A DNA stretch of 63,972 nucleotides, filler included, from Octopus bimaculoides (taxonomy: Eukaryota), in the NCBI RefSeq assembly GCF_001194135.2. It is 8 parts of 7 records of this genome, joined end to end, with 100 filler letters (N's around TTAATTAATTAA, not from the genome) between each part and the next. Parts side by side here need not be neighbours in the genome. Positions count along the whole stretch, not along the records: positions 62,891 to 63,972 come from NW_026298097.1; 7 more parts are not named here. One strand, given 5' to 3'. The position numbers and the translations under genes were made by a program. Below the pieces are notes generated by a model. It had not been told where the DNA came from. It saw only the letters and a program-made list of their open reading frames with translations, and made no database searches. Shown here piece by piece: positions 63,092 to 63,972 of the stretch (the first letter of the stretch is position 1; each line of letters starts with the position of its first letter).

Positions 63092-63699
63092 AGTGCGAGA
63101 AAATGGTTAAGCAATAGTTATTATAGAGAAGATATGAAATACAGAGTGAATTGGAGGAATGAAAACAGACATGAGATATGTATCCAATGGTATTTATAAT
63201 TGGTCATTCCAAGAATAGAGTCTTCTAAATGGTGTGTGTATATATATATATATATTTATCATAAGTGCACACAAAGCACCTACCTGCTGTTAGGTGCTTC
63301 GTGTGTTCTTATGATAAATATGAATTTTAATTGTATACCATAAATTCCAGACAACAGAGCGTACCTGATTAAAAGTCGCATGCTCTAATTTTAGAAAGAA
63401 AATCAATTTTGTACTTGTATAGGCCACAGCAGATTTTAAGTTGCAGATGTCTGACGTTGTAATATGAGATATTTACACAGAAAGATATTACACATGAGGA
63501 TTTTTTAACTTTTAATTTAATCCGTATGGTAACATAAACAAACACATTGAAAATGCTTTTTTTTTTAACAGTGCCTGTAACACAGCTACCTTTAAATATA
63601 CGTACGTATCAGTAACACACAAATTACGTTGCTTATGCTTTTTTACTGAACAGTGCCCGAACAACATTCCTCCTAACGACCGGTATATATATATATATC

Positions 63700-63950
63700 A
63701 TCTGGTGAAACCGGATGGCAACACCAGGCTCCAGTCTAATTTGGCAGAGTTTCTACAGCTGGATGCCCTTCCTAACGCCAACCACTCAGATAGTGTAGTG
63801 GGTGCTTTTTACGTGCCACCGGCACAAAGGCCAGTCAGGTGGTACTGGCAACGGCCACACTCAAAATGGTGTCTTTTATGTGCCACCCGCACAAGAGCCA
63901 GTCCAGCGGCACTGTCAACGATCTCACTTGGCTTGCCGGGTCTTCTCAAA
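63700..63950 (-). mobile_element. Family D LINE/SINE tail fragment
   Basis: CCAGGCTCCA.TCT.AT.TGGCA.AGTTTCTACAGCTGG.TGCCCTTCCTAACGCCAACCAC shared with 37868-38025. Confidence 0.6.
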
Positions 63951-63972
63951 TATATATATATATATATATATA

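Overview
Gap-rich, AT-rich animal genomic DNA saturated with microsatellites, tRNA-derived SINEs, decayed LINE/Penelope/Tc1-mariner elements and hairpin MITEs. The repeat landscape suggests an octopod cephalopod (inference, not verified by search). The only intact protein-coding genes are two single-ORF, 306-aa class A (rhodopsin-like) GPCRs at 1221-2141 and 6030-6950, in a tandem duplication with a period of about 4.8 kb. By hand alignment they are about 79% identical: 51 of 64 amino-acid differences lie in about 103 extracellular-facing residues and are almost all non-synonymous, while the cytoplasmic halves and some non-coding flanks are nearly identical. Both lack Asp3.32 and the NPxxY proline. 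This suggests a young orphan (possibly chemosensory) receptor family under diversifying selection on ligand recognition. Other notable items: six hammerhead-ribozyme-like motifs (four in a dispersed ~190-bp microsatellite-flanked family with a CUGUUGA core variant), RLE-type retrotransposon fragments bracketed by (ACAT)n, an intron-containing Tc1 carrying a second copy of its own left end, and a nested foldback/MITE structure with a telomeric-repeat hairpin. N44-TTAATTAATTAA-N44 blocks are scaffolding linkers, and nearly all other ORF-track entries are microsatellite or gap artefacts. All counts were made by eye, and most repeat boundaries are approximate.
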